A DNA stretch of 64,000 nucleotides, from sequence record NZ_CP039562.1; one strand, written 5' to 3'. This DNA comes from a plasmid. The position numbers were made by a program, and so were the translations under genes. Below are positions 19,260 to 29,294 of the stretch, in pieces. Numbering within the stretch: position 1 is the stretch's first letter; each line of letters starts with the position of its first letter. The notes under the pieces were generated by a model. The model searched no databases. It saw only the letters and a program-made list of their open reading frames with translations, and was not told where the DNA came from.

Positions 19260-19492
19260 TAAGCAGCTCCTCTCATCTTTGATTCCAGATTCGCCAGCTC
19301 AGTCCAGCTTTGAGCCAGACCTTTGACTTCGGGGTAGTCTCTGGAGAGGTTTTCGAGGACTCCAGAAATGACATAGGCCGCTTCGCTGGAATTACCCCTC
19401 GAACCGGCCTCCTGGAGCATGATTAATAAAGCGTCGAAGAGCTCAGCCTTACGGCCTAGCTCTGTCTGGTTTCTTATTTCAGAGCTTTGCAT
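19259..19492 (-). CDS. Hypothetical small protein (77 aa)
   Basis: ORF only. Confidence 0.25.
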   Translation of the reverse strand: MQSSEIRNQTELGRKAELFDALLIMLQEAGSRGNSSEAAYVISGVLENLSRDYPEVKGLAQSWTELANLESKMRGAA

Positions 19493-20091
19493 GGGTTCAC
19501 CACTGAATAGGGACGCACGGACTCGCGCACAATGCGGCGATCTGCGTCAGTTACAGCCTGACTGGTGCAAAAGTGCGTCCAGGCATTCAGATAATCTTTA
19601 TAGGTGTGGGTAGGTGGTATGCAGCCGGTTACAACGTCCTTGGGGATGTTTGTGGTTCCCTCGGCTTCCACAAAGCGCCAATCGTGCTCGTCCATACCTT
19701 TGCCACCATCGCAATAGCGTTCCCAGCGTGACAACTCGTACAGCGAGTAGCCTTTGCCTTTATTCATGGACTTGAAGGTATTGATGGCTTCGTTGACATC
19801 CCCGTGCTGTTTGATCCCTGCTGGAGTTTTATCTGAACCAGCGGAGTCATCTTTGACCTTGTTCATCGTTGCGCTGACATTACCGTCGCCCAGCACATGG
19901 ATATAACCAGGTTGACGTAATGCAGCACCACCGCGCCCCATGTTGTCCCATGCCATCGACAGTTCCCGGCTAACTCGGGCAGGTTTGTCATTTTCGGCAG
20001 GGGCAGTCTGGGGCTGAGGCTTTTGCTCGGGGGCGTTAGAGGCACACCCGGCCAGAATTGCCACTCCCAGAATTGCTATCAGTTGTCTCAT
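19474..20091 (-). CDS. Lipoprotein (lipobox LAGC)
   Basis: MRQLIAILGVAILAGCAS signal and lipobox, with a GAGGAA RBS. The start is taken at the internal Met. Confidence 0.5.
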   Translation of the reverse strand: MRQLIAILGVAILAGCASNAPEQKPQPQTAPAENDKPARVSRELSMAWDNMGRGGAALRQPGYIHVLGDGNVSATMNKVKDDSAGSDKTPAGIKQHGDVNEAINTFKSMNKGKGYSLYELSRWERYCDGGKGMDEHDWRFVEAEGTTNIPKDVVTGCIPPTHTYKDYLNAWTHFCTSQAVTDADRRIVRESVRPYSVVNPCKALK

Positions 20092-20258
20092 CGTGTCGTT
20101 CCTCATAAAAAATTGTCGATGAGCCCATTCTAAAAGGGGGGGGATGGAAAGCTGGTTTCTCAAACTGCCCAAATTGGACAGATAGGCGTGTGTGCGATCT
20201 AAAGGTGTTTTGAGAGCATGTAGCGACGAGAAATACGATAGGAATATGGTCAACCTAC

Positions 20259-23231
20259 ATGCTGAAAGCCCTTAACAAGTTATTTGGTGGGCGAAGTGGA
20301 GTGATCGAGACCGCGCCGAGCGTCAGAGTGTTGCCGCTTAAAGACGTGGAAGATGAAGAAATCCCTCGATACCCACCTTTTGCCAAGGGCCTGCCAGTGG
20401 CCCCACTAGACAAGATACTGGCAACCCAAGCTGAACTGATTGAGAAAGTGCGGAACTCTCTCGGTTTCACTGTGGACGACTTCAACCGGCTTGTTTTGCC
20501 GGTGATCCAGCGGTATGCCGCGTTTGTTCACCTGTTGCCAGCTTCCGAATCACACCACCACCGTGGCGCTGGTGGTCTGTTCCGACATGGGCTTGAAGTG
20601 GCCTTCTGGGCAGCTCAGGCATCTGAGTCAGTTATCTTTTCCATCGAGGGGACGCCTCGTGAACGCCGTGACAATGAGCCGCGTTGGAGACTGGCGAGCT
20701 GTTTCTCCGGGCTGCTGCATGATGTGGGTAAACCGCTCTCGGATGTGTCCATTACGGACAAAGACGGGTCAATCACATGGAACCCGTATTCGGAGTCACT
20801 TCATGACTGGGCACACCGTCACGAAATCGACCGTTACTTTATCCGGTGGCGCGACAAGCGACACAAAAGACATGAGCAATTCTCGCTGCTGGCGGTGGAT
20901 CGAATTATTCCGGCTGAGACTCGGGAGTTTCTGTCCAAGTCTGGCCCGTCCATCATGGAAGCGATGCTGGAAGCTATCTCAGGAACCAGCGTCAATCAGC
21001 CTGTGACCAAGCTGATGCTTCGCGCTGACCAAGAGAGCGTCTCACGGGACCTTCGCCAGAGTCGTCTCGATGTGGACGAGTTCTCCTATGGTGTGCCTGT
21101 CGAGCGGTACGTGTTCGATGCCATCCGCCGCCTGGTTAAAACCGGAAAATGGAAGGTCAATGAGCCAGGCGCGAAAGTCTGGCACCTCAACCAAGGTGTA
21201 TTCATTGCCTGGAAACAGCTTGGGGACCTTTATGACTTGATCAGCCACGACAAGATCCCCGGTATTCCACGAGACCCTGACACACTGGCCGACATTCTCA
21301 TCGAACGTGGTTTTGCTGTACCAAACACGGTGCAGGAGAAGGGTGAACGTGCGTACTACCGCTACTGGGAAGTTTTGCCTGAGATGCTCCAGGAGGCGGC
21401 GGGATCGGTGAAGATCTTGATGCTCCGACTCGAATCAAACGACCTGGTGTTTACGACTGAGCCTCCTGCGGCTGTTGCTGCGGAAGTTGTTGGTGATGTT
21501 GAGGACGCTGAGATTGAGTTCGTTGATCCTGAGGAAGTCGATGACGACCAAGAGGAAGATGTGTCAGCTCTGAACGATGACATGTTGGCCGCAGAGCAGG
21601 AAGCAGAGAAAGCTCTAGCTGGTCTTGGCTTTGGTGATGCGATGGAGATGCTGAAAAGCACCTCAGATGCTGTCGAGGAGAAACCAGAGCAAAAAGATGC
21701 TGGATCAACGGAATCATCTAAGCCTGACGCTGGCAAGAAGGGTAAGCCGCAGAGCAAACCGGGCAAAGCAAAACCGAAGAGTGATACAGAGAAACAACCC
21801 CACAAACCAGAGGCAAAAGAGGATTTGTCCCCTCAGGACATTGCCAAAAACGCACCACCTTTGGCAAACGACAATCCGTTACAAGCACTCAAGGATGTTG
21901 GGGGTGGACTGGGGGACATCGACTTTCCGTTTGACGCATTCAGCGCATCGGCAGAGACAGCCAGCACTGACGCAACAAACTCAGAAATCCCAGATGTGGC
22001 AATGCCCGGAAAGCAAGAGAAGCAGCCAAAACAGGACTTCGTTCCACAAGAACAAAACTCCCTGCAGGGCGATGACTTTCCAATGTTCGGTAGTTCTGAT
22101 GAACCGCCATCATGGGCGATTGAGCCGCTCCCTATGCTGACTGACGCACCAGAACAAACAACACCAGCGCCAGCAATGCCACCTACGGACAAACCTAATC
22201 TGCATGAGAAAGACGCAAAGACCTTACTCGTTGAGATGTTAGCCGGGTACGGAGAAGCATCGGCGTTGCTTGAACAAGCGATCATGCCTGTTTTGGAAGG
22301 TAAAACGACGCTGGGCGAAGTCCTATGCCTGATGAAGGGTCAAGCCGTCATTTTGTACCCGGATGGCGCTCGGTCGCTGGGTGCGCCGTCAGAGGTTCTC
22401 TCGAAGCTGTCCCACGCCAACGCGATTGTTCCAGACCCGATTATGCCAGGTCGCAAAGTTCGTGATTTCAGCGGAGTGAAGGCAATTGTACTGGCGGAGC
22501 AGCTTTCAGATGCAGTCGTAGCGGCCATTAAGGATGCCGAGGCGTCAATGGGGGGATACCAGGATGCCTTTGAGCTCGTCTCTCCCCCTGGCTTGGATGC
22601 AAGCAAGAATAAGTCTGCACCGAAACAACAAAGCCGAAAAAAGGCGCAGCAGCAGAAGCCTGAGGTTAACGCCGGTAAACCCTCGCCTGAACAAAAGGCG
22701 AAAGGTAAGGACTCCCAGCCACAGCAGAAGGAGAAGAAGGTCGATGTTACTTCTCCGGTTGAAGAGCCGCAGCGCCAGCCGGTCCAAGAAAAACAGAACG
22801 TGGCTCGCCTTCCTAAGCGGGAGGTTCAACCAGTGGCTCCTGAGCCCAAAGTTGAGCGTGAGAAGGAATTGGGACACGTCGAGGTGCGAGAAAGGGAAGA
22901 GCCAGAGGTTAGGGAGTTTGAGCCGCCTAAGGCGAAAACAAACCCGAAAGACATCAACGCGGAAGATTTCTTGCCGTCTGGTGTTACGCCTCAGAAAGCA
23001 CTCCAGATGCTCAAGGACATGATCCAAAAACGCTCGGGCAGATGGCTCGTGACACCTGTCCTGGAAGAGGATGGCTGCTTAGTAACCAGTGACAAAGCCT
23101 TCGACATGATTGCCGGTGAAAACATCGGCATCAGCAAACACATCCTCTGCGGGATGCTGAGCCGGGCACAGAGACGGCCTTTGCTCAAGAAACGTCAGGG
23201 AAAACTGTATTTAGAGGTAAATGAAACATGA
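20259..23231 (+). CDS. traI: MOBH-family conjugative relaxase TraI (HD-hydrolase motif)
   Basis: 990 aa with an HHHRGAGGLFRHGLEV HD motif and a long acidic/Lys-rich C-terminal linker. It is followed by traD, the SXT/IncC-type arrangement. Confidence 0.8.
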   Translation: MLKALNKLFGGRSGVIETAPSVRVLPLKDVEDEEIPRYPPFAKGLPVAPLDKILATQAELIEKVRNSLGFTVDDFNRLVLPVIQRYAAFVHLLPASESHHHRGAGGLFRHGLEVAFWAAQASESVIFSIEGTPRERRDNEPRWRLASCFSGLLHDVGKPLSDVSITDKDGSITWNPYSESLHDWAHRHEIDRYFIRWRDKRHKRHEQFSLLAVDRIIPAETREFLSKSGPSIMEAMLEAISGTSVNQPVTKLMLRADQESVSRDLRQSRLDVDEFSYGVPVERYVFDAIRRLVKTGKWKVNEPGAKVWHLNQGVFIAWKQLGDLYDLISHDKIPGIPRDPDTLADILIERGFAVPNTVQEKGERAYYRYWEVLPEMLQEAAGSVKILMLRLESNDLVFTTEPPAAVAAEVVGDVEDAEIEFVDPEEVDDDQEEDVSALNDDMLAAEQEAEKALAGLGFGDAMEMLKSTSDAVEEKPEQKDAGSTESSKPDAGKKGKPQSKPGKAKPKSDTEKQPHKPEAKEDLSPQDIAKNAPPLANDNPLQALKDVGGGLGDIDFPFDAFSASAETASTDATNSEIPDVAMPGKQEKQPKQDFVPQEQNSLQGDDFPMFGSSDEPPSWAIEPLPMLTDAPEQTTPAPAMPPTDKPNLHEKDAKTLLVEMLAGYGEASALLEQAIMPVLEGKTTLGEVLCLMKGQAVILYPDGARSLGAPSEVLSKLSHANAIVPDPIMPGRKVRDFSGVKAIVLAEQLSDAVVAAIKDAEASMGGYQDAFELVSPPGLDASKNKSAPKQQSRKKAQQQKPEVNAGKPSPEQKAKGKDSQPQQKEKKVDVTSPVEEPQRQPVQEKQNVARLPKREVQPVAPEPKVEREKELGHVEVREREEPEVREFEPPKAKTNPKDINAEDFLPSGVTPQKALQMLKDMIQKRSGRWLVTPVLEEDGCLVTSDKAFDMIAGENIGISKHILCGMLSRAQRRPLLKKRQGKLYLEVNET

Positions 23232-25093
23232 CAATGAGTTATGACCCGCTCGCCTACGAGATGCCGTGGCGGCCCAACTATGAAAAAAATGCTGTAGCAG
23301 GCTGGCTTGCCGCCTCCGGCGCGGCTTTGGCCGTAGAGCAAGTCAGCACGATGCCTCCGGAGCCCTTCTATTGGATGACGGGGATCTGTGGCGTGATGGC
23401 GATGGCTCGTTTGCCAAAGGCTATCAAACTTCACCTGCTCCAAAAGCATTTGAAGGGGCGTGATCTGGAGTTTATTTCTATTGCGGAGCTCCAAAAGTAC
23501 ATCAAGGACACGCCGGACGATATGTGGCTTGGTAGTGGGTTCCTGTGGGAAAACCGCCATGCCCAGCGCGTGTTTGAGATCCTGAAACGCGACTGGACTT
23601 CCATCGTAGGGAGAGAGTCCACGGTCAAAAAGGTTGTCCGGAAGATACAGGGTAAGAAAAAGGAGCTGCCAATCGGCCAGCCCTGGATTCACGGGGTAGA
23701 ACCCAAAGAAGAGAAGCTGATGCAGCCACTCAAGCACACTGAGGGGCATTCGCTGATCGTTGGGACCACCGGCTCGGGCAAGACCCGTATGTTCGACATC
23801 CTGATTTCACAGGCCATTCTGCGTGGGGAAGCCGTGATCATCATAGACCCGAAAGGGGATAAGGAGATGCGGGACAATGCACGACGTGCCTGTGAAGCTA
23901 TGGGGCAGCCGGAAAGATTCGTCTCATTTCATCCAGCATTCCCGGAAGAGTCGGTGCGTATCGACCCTCTGCGTAACTTCACCCGCGTGACTGAAATTGC
24001 AAGTCGTTTGGCAGCGTTGATCCCGTCCGAAGCAGGGGCCGACCCGTTCAAATCATTTGGATGGCAGGCACTGAACAACATCGCTCAGGGCTTGGTCATC
24101 ACTCATGATCGTCCCAACCTGACAAAGCTCCGCCGATTCCTTGAAGGTGGCGCTGCTGGCTTGGTCATCAAGGCCGTTCAGGCTTACTCAGAGCGAGTTA
24201 TGCCCGACTGGGAGGCAGAAGCAGCGGCTTATTTGGAGAAAGTCAAAAACGGTTCGCGTGAGAAGATCGCTTTCGCGTTGATGAAGTTCTACTACGACAT
24301 CATCCAACCTGAGCACCCAAACTCTGATCTGGAAGGCTTGCTGTCGATGTTCCAGCACGACCAAACCCACTTCTCCAAGATGGTGGCGAACCTCCTGCCG
24401 ATCATGAATATGCTGACGTCCGGGGAGCTAGGCCCTCTGCTGTCTCCAGACTCATCTGATCTGAGCGACGAACGCCAGATCACTGATTCCGCAAAAATCA
24501 TCAACAACGCTCAAGTTGCTTATCTGGGGCTCGACTCCCTGACCGACAACATGGTTGGTAGTGCTATGGGGTCCATCTTCCTGTCAGACCTGACAGCGGT
24601 TGCCGGTGACAGATACAACTACGGCGTCAACAACAGACCCGTAAATATCTTTGTTGATGAGGCTGCTGAGGTGATCAACGACCCGTTCATCCAGCTCCTG
24701 AACAAAGGTCGCGGTGCGAAACTTCGTCTTTTCGTTGCAACTCAGACTTTTGCTGACTTCGCAGCTCGACTGGGTAGCAAAGACAAAGCGCTCCAAGTGT
24801 TGGGGAACATCAACAACACGTTTGCTCTGCGTATCGTCGATGGTGAAACACAGGAGTATATCGCAGATAACTTGCCGAAGACCCGGCTCAAGTACGTCAT
24901 GCGGACTCAAGGCCAGAACTCGGATGGCAAGGAGCCCATTATGCACGGAGGCAACCAAGGCGAGCGTTTGATGGAGGAGGAAGCTGATCTGTTCCCAGCC
25001 CAGTTATTGGGAATGCTTCCGAACCTGGAATACATAGCCAAAATTTCAGGCGGAACAATCGTAAAAGGCCGTCTGCCCATATTGACCCAGTAA
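23228..25093 (+). CDS. traD: Type IV coupling protein TraD (VirD4-like)
   Basis: Two N-terminal TM segments. Walker A is GTTGSGKT and Walker B is VNIFVDEAA. 621 aa. Confidence 0.85.
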   Translation: MTMSYDPLAYEMPWRPNYEKNAVAGWLAASGAALAVEQVSTMPPEPFYWMTGICGVMAMARLPKAIKLHLLQKHLKGRDLEFISIAELQKYIKDTPDDMWLGSGFLWENRHAQRVFEILKRDWTSIVGRESTVKKVVRKIQGKKKELPIGQPWIHGVEPKEEKLMQPLKHTEGHSLIVGTTGSGKTRMFDILISQAILRGEAVIIIDPKGDKEMRDNARRACEAMGQPERFVSFHPAFPEESVRIDPLRNFTRVTEIASRLAALIPSEAGADPFKSFGWQALNNIAQGLVITHDRPNLTKLRRFLEGGAAGLVIKAVQAYSERVMPDWEAEAAAYLEKVKNGSREKIAFALMKFYYDIIQPEHPNSDLEGLLSMFQHDQTHFSKMVANLLPIMNMLTSGELGPLLSPDSSDLSDERQITDSAKIINNAQVAYLGLDSLTDNMVGSAMGSIFLSDLTAVAGDRYNYGVNNRPVNIFVDEAAEVINDPFIQLLNKGRGAKLRLFVATQTFADFAARLGSKDKALQVLGNINNTFALRIVDGETQEYIADNLPKTRLKYVMRTQGQNSDGKEPIMHGGNQGERLMEEEADLFPAQLLGMLPNLEYIAKISGGTIVKGRLPILTQ

Positions 25094-25103
25094 GAGCAGA
25101 GCT

Positions 25104-25688
25104 ATGTGTGACAAGAAGTATAGAAATTACGAGGTAGCCATCATGGTCGATGTGAACCCTTTCGACAGGGTTATGAATGAATTGAAAAGTCGTGGCCGCA
25201 AGAACGCTCACATCCTGAGCATCCTCCAATTCGACTGGCCTGCATCGGAGGCCATCATCGAGAAGCTGAGCTGCTACATCACAGACGGGATTAAGGCTAA
25301 TCAGGAGCCTGTGATTTACCCGATCATTGAAGAAGCTCTGCATCGCTACAGCCAGCTCGTGTTTCATGAGCAGAGAGAGAAATATGAAGACCCGGCCAGA
25401 ATTGGGGCATTTCTGGAAACCCTGATCACCGAAACCTGCCGGGCGTTGGAAGTGCAAATTGTCGATAGTGGCGGTGATTCATGGTCTGTCGATTCAGGAG
25501 AGTCGTTCTCACTGTGGCTTTCTTCCCATCCAGGAGAACTATCCATTAACCCGCAGCCCCATGAGGATGAGACCTCTTTGCGTGGCTTGCTGTATGAGCT
25601 CATCACCTGTGAGAGCGTGAAAACTGTTTTAAGGAGAACCGACTATGAAGAAGCCGTGGTTGCTGGTCGCATGGCTGCTGGTTATTGA
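25104..25688 (+). CDS. Hypothetical protein (194 aa)
   Basis: ORF only, in the transfer-region block. Confidence 0.3.
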   Translation: MCDKKYRNYEVAIMVDVNPFDRVMNELKSRGRKNAHILSILQFDWPASEAIIEKLSCYITDGIKANQEPVIYPIIEEALHRYSQLVFHEQREKYEDPARIGAFLETLITETCRALEVQIVDSGGDSWSVDSGESFSLWLSSHPGELSINPQPHEDETSLRGLLYELITCESVKTVLRRTDYEEAVVAGRMAAGY

Positions 25689-26274
25689 GTTGCTGGCAAT
25701 ATTGCTGCTGATCCCTGGCGACTGGACAGACAGAGCCATCAAAAGGGAATCCGAGCTGGTGGAACAGAGTCTTGGTGTCGAAGCAAGAGACTGGATACAG
25801 AACAAAGCATCTACCTGGTTCAGGTCGAGCGTTATTGATTCAGGATTCTATGAGGGGATGTACCAAACGCTGATCCCATCAGAAGAGGAGCGCCAGAAGT
25901 CCAAGGGGATGCAGGACATGGGCAAGGGCTGGTTTGTGTGGGTCAAAGGCCGCATGGAAGCCTTTGTCAACGTCATTTACCAGTTCTACACAAGGTTGGC
26001 ACTGTTAGCCGCGTGGGCTCCCTATATGCTGATCCTGTTCGTACCTGCGGTATATGACGGGATGATGACATGGCGAATTAAGCGGACCAACTTCGATTAT
26101 GCGAGTCCGGTTCTCCATCGTTACAGCGTTCGCGGAACGATGTACCTGATGGCCGGATTGTTCATCGCGTTCTTCATCCCCATAGCGCTCGATCCGGTTG
26201 TCATCCCGATGACAATGATGACGTGCTGTGTCCTGGTTGGCCTGACGTTCGGCAACCTCCAGAAACGGGTATAG
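25645..26274 (+). CDS. Integral membrane protein (209 aa)
   Basis: Multiple hydrophobic helices. Confidence 0.35.
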   Translation: MKKPWLLVAWLLVIELLAILLLIPGDWTDRAIKRESELVEQSLGVEARDWIQNKASTWFRSSVIDSGFYEGMYQTLIPSEEERQKSKGMQDMGKGWFVWVKGRMEAFVNVIYQFYTRLALLAAWAPYMLILFVPAVYDGMMTWRIKRTNFDYASPVLHRYSVRGTMYLMAGLFIAFFIPIALDPVVIPMTMMTCCVLVGLTFGNLQKRV

Positions 26275-26283
26275 GGAGGGAGG

Positions 26284-26730
26284 ATGAGCTACTCCGTTAT
26301 AAATCAAGATGGGGTGCATCTGTGCGACATCCCATTGAACGTCTACCAGGTGATACGTCGCCAATCCTTGTCTGCGTTGTGGCTTTACTGGGCGCAGAGC
26401 TTGAATTTGGTGAAGGTGCTCATTGCTTGCGTCGGAAAGATGATCTTTGTGATGCCGGTAATGTGGTTCTGGGTGCTGGTGGTGTGCCGCTTGGTTGAAC
26501 CAGAACGTATCTCAGACGTGTCAGGACTTATCTCTCCGGACGTGATCGGGTGGGCCGCTGGTGCGGCCATCACCCTCATTATCTTTTCCGTATTTACACG
26601 CCCAGCGTTGTACGGATACCACAACTTTTTCAAGCAGCATATTTGCTCAAGAGTAAAGCAAGTAACGCCGGAACTCAGAACAGTCACTGGGCCACTGTTC
26701 TTTTACCGAAACGAAATTGGAACGATATAG
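26284..26730 (+). CDS. Membrane protein (148 aa)
   Basis: Hydrophobic helices. Confidence 0.3.
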   Translation: MSYSVINQDGVHLCDIPLNVYQVIRRQSLSALWLYWAQSLNLVKVLIACVGKMIFVMPVMWFWVLVVCRLVEPERISDVSGLISPDVIGWAAGAAITLIIFSVFTRPALYGYHNFFKQHICSRVKQVTPELRTVTGPLFFYRNEIGTI

Positions 26731-26739
26731 AGAGGAACC

Positions 26740-27117
26740 ATGAAAGTAACTAATAGACTCCAACTGCTGGCACTGGGGCTGTGTATAGCCGGTACTGCCA
26801 TCGCGGCTCCTGATGTGCTCAATGACGACGCAAAGCTCAAGAACCTTGAGAAGGTGTGTCCCGACTGTCAGATGGTGGCAAAAGATGTACTCAATCTGCG
26901 GGTTGAAAACTGCCAGCTCAAAGACACTTCCAGTGCAATGATGATTGGCACCATGCAAAATGACCCTATGTTTTCGTTTATGCTGGCTGTACACACAGCG
27001 GCAGGCTCGGAGGCATACAAAACGGTAGTTGGTGCCGCTGGCAACCATGTTGACTGTGAAAACCCGTTGAACTGGATCAAGCTGACCCAGCAAGCGATTA
27101 AAGGTGGCAAAGTCTAA
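26740..27117 (+). CDS. Secreted protein (signal peptide, 125 aa)
   Basis: N-terminal MKVTNRLQLLALGLCIAGTAIA. Confidence 0.35.
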   Translation: MKVTNRLQLLALGLCIAGTAIAAPDVLNDDAKLKNLEKVCPDCQMVAKDVLNLRVENCQLKDTSSAMMIGTMQNDPMFSFMLAVHTAAGSEAYKTVVGAAGNHVDCENPLNWIKLTQQAIKGGKV

Positions 27118-27779
27118 TGCGTAAGAGAGATTTCTTTTTTGGAGAGGTGTATGAGGGGAGTGGAGGAGCCACTCTACGACTGAGTGATATGGAACCATTG
27201 GCAAGAAAAGTGTCGGCAGAGTTCTTCACTGCACAACTGAACCGTATACTGAAAGAGCATGACGGTCAGTTGACGCTCAGCGATGGAACGTCGTACCCCA
27301 GCTTTTGGAGCTTCATCGACAAGGTTGATCCAGAGCAGGTTGGTTTCGTGGAGATCTACGCTCGGCAGGATGTTAACGATAATGTTGAAGCGACACTGGC
27401 GTGTGACATCGTTTTGGTAAATGGTGTGATCACCGTTAAACCTCACTGGTGTGCTTACAAAGACATCAGGGCTGACGAAGTGATTTCCACCTTACTGGTG
27501 CCTTTGCATTTGAAGGCTCTCCAGGGTAAGGCTTACATTCGCTGGGATGATGGTGAAACCGAACCTCTGTTACAAAACGACGACTATCAGGCTGAACTTG
27601 AAAATGTGTTTAGTGTTTCCAAGTACCCATCAGCCATGAGCTGGGGCGATACAGCAGACCAGAAGGTTAAGCAGTACAAGATGGACCTTGAGTGCGCCAC
27701 AGATGTTGGTCGTCGAGGTGTCTCATCAGAGCAAGCATGGGATGCTTATCGAGAACTCCGTTACAATAGAACAGTGTGA
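27117..27779 (+). CDS. Hypothetical protein (220 aa)
   Basis: ORF only. It is followed by a GCGGCC-ATC-GGCCGC hairpin plus T-run. Confidence 0.3.
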   Translation: MRKRDFFFGEVYEGSGGATLRLSDMEPLARKVSAEFFTAQLNRILKEHDGQLTLSDGTSYPSFWSFIDKVDPEQVGFVEIYARQDVNDNVEATLACDIVLVNGVITVKPHWCAYKDIRADEVISTLLVPLHLKALQGKAYIRWDDGETEPLLQNDDYQAELENVFSVSKYPSAMSWGDTADQKVKQYKMDLECATDVGRRGVSSEQAWDAYRELRYNRTV

Positions 27780-27805
27780 AACAAGCGGCCATCGGCCGCT
27801 TTGAA

Positions 27806-27821
27806 CTTTCACATGTGAAAG
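27806..27821. promoter_or_regulatory. parS-like palindrome CTTTCACATGTGAAAG, copy 3
   Basis: Identical 16-mer. A downstream GCCCAAAATGGGC element is shared with copy 2. Confidence 0.45.
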
Positions 27822-28102
27822 TTTTTCGCCTCCCGCTCTTATCATCTCCTCGAATAAACCTCCATAAAGTGCCCAAAATGGGCCGTAACAGCACTGTTCC
27901 TAGATTGATCAATTAAGAGACGATTACTCCGTGATGACGACAAGTTATTTGGAGGGTCTATGTCCGCACAAGCTCACGTCAGAGAAAGCGAAAGCTCATC
28001 TGGTTCATTCATCTCCTGGCAGTTCCTTGTCTGGCAGGTGATGTTCGTTATAGGTGTTGTTGCAGGGATGAACCTGGAACACGCATTCAATTTTCTAGGT
28101 TA

Positions 28103-28480
28103 ATGGGAGGAAGTGTGAACCTTAATAAACAATTTTTCTGGTTTTTGATGAACGCGGTGCTGATGTGCATCTTCATCGTTCCAGTGGCCGTCGCGTTTTG
28201 GCTGTCTGCTTTTGCGGCAGGTTTTGACTGGAGTCAGTGGGTTAAGTTGGCTGCTGATACGGCCAACAGAGCTGCAAGTGACCCGGCCAAGGCTCTGGGC
28301 ACGGTTCAGACCTACTGGGGCATTCTCAGCTTCTTCCTGCTGGCGGCGTACAGTCTGATGTTCAAGTTTAAAGCCAATGCTAACAAGGAAGTGAAAACTC
28401 TGGAGGTGGCCCGACCAGCCAATGAAGTTAGCGTTGCGGCTTCGGAAAAACATTCGGAAGCGGTTCCTCAAAATCAATAA
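28103..28480 (+). CDS. Membrane protein (125 aa)
   Basis: Hydrophobic N-terminal half. It is followed by a terminator. Confidence 0.3.
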   Translation: MGGSVNLNKQFFWFLMNAVLMCIFIVPVAVAFWLSAFAAGFDWSQWVKLAADTANRAASDPAKALGTVQTYWGILSFFLLAAYSLMFKFKANANKEVKTLEVARPANEVSVAASEKHSEAVPQNQ

Positions 28481-28494
28481 CCGATCCAGTAAAC

Positions 28495-28528
28495 GCAAAA
28501 AAGGCGGCTTAGGCCGCCTTCTTTTATT
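28495..28528 (+). terminator. Rho-independent terminator
   Basis: AAGGCGGC-TTAG-GCCGCCTT stem followed by TCTTTTATTT. Confidence 0.7.
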
Positions 28529-28624
28529 TGTCGCTGGAAGTGCCCGAAAAGGGCGCGAAGCCGTGGCAGAAAATCAGTGACCCTGAATGAGAATACAGGC
28601 CACTAGGAAAAGAAGAGGGTTGCT

Positions 28625-28906
28625 ATGAAGCCTGTAAAGATACCGCGCCGGGTCGATGAGCCCCCGCATCTGCTGTTGTGGAGCGCAGATGAGTTGGCCC
28701 CGATGCTTTTGGGGCTAACGATAGGGGTCATCATCGGTAAGGCTCTGATCTGCTTTCTGGGGGGGTTACTTGTAACCAACCTTTATCGCCGATTCAGGGA
28801 TAACCATCCGGATGGATACCTGCTCCACATGATCTACTGGGCCGGGTTCATCATGACCAAGGCCAAATCTCTCAAGAACCCGTTTGTCCGGAGGTATTTG
28901 CCTTGA
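28625..28906 (+). CDS. traL: TraL-like pilus assembly protein (93 aa)
   Basis: A small membrane protein preceding traE, as in the SXT/IncC traLEKBVA order. Confidence 0.55.
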   Translation: MKPVKIPRRVDEPPHLLLWSADELAPMLLGLTIGVIIGKALICFLGGLLVTNLYRRFRDNHPDGYLLHMIYWAGFIMTKAKSLKNPFVRRYLP

Positions 28907-29294
28907 ACCTGAAAAAGTATCTCAAGACCTGGGAAGGGACCCAAACAGAAAATAAGTGGGGGCGAATCTTCCAGGGTGGTCTTATTGCTATCGTTTTCCT
29001 GCTGGTGGTCCAAGTATTCAGCAAGGAAACCATCGTCACTATCCAGCCTTTCACGCTCACGGAAGAAGCCTGGGTGACGAAAAGTAACGCCTCTCAGTCC
29101 TATAAAGAGGCTTGGGGTTTCGCTTTTGCTCAGCTCCTTGGCAATGTGACGCCAGGAACCGTTGACTTTGTGAAAGAACGGATCACCCCGCTTCTCTCCC
29201 CGAGCATCTATCAGGACGTGATTGATGCCATCGAAATTCAAGCTCAACAGATCAAGAACGACCGCGTAACCATGCGGTTTGAGCCGCGTTTTGT
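28903..29294 (+). pseudogene. traE: traE (pilus assembly) 5' portion, 3' end removed by IS26 insertion
   Basis: TraE-like single-TM protein MNLKKYLKTWEGTQTENKWGRIFQGGLIAIVFLLVV.... The reading frame runs directly into the IS26 left IR at 29295. Confidence 0.6.

Noticed and set aside
21362-22285. Minus-strand ORFs (147 aa, 150 aa) and plus-strand alternative frames (21667-22140, 22534-23022) within traI
   Set aside because: They lie within or antisense to the low-complexity Lys/Glu/Pro-rich linker of TraI. They are frame artefacts of repetitive codons.
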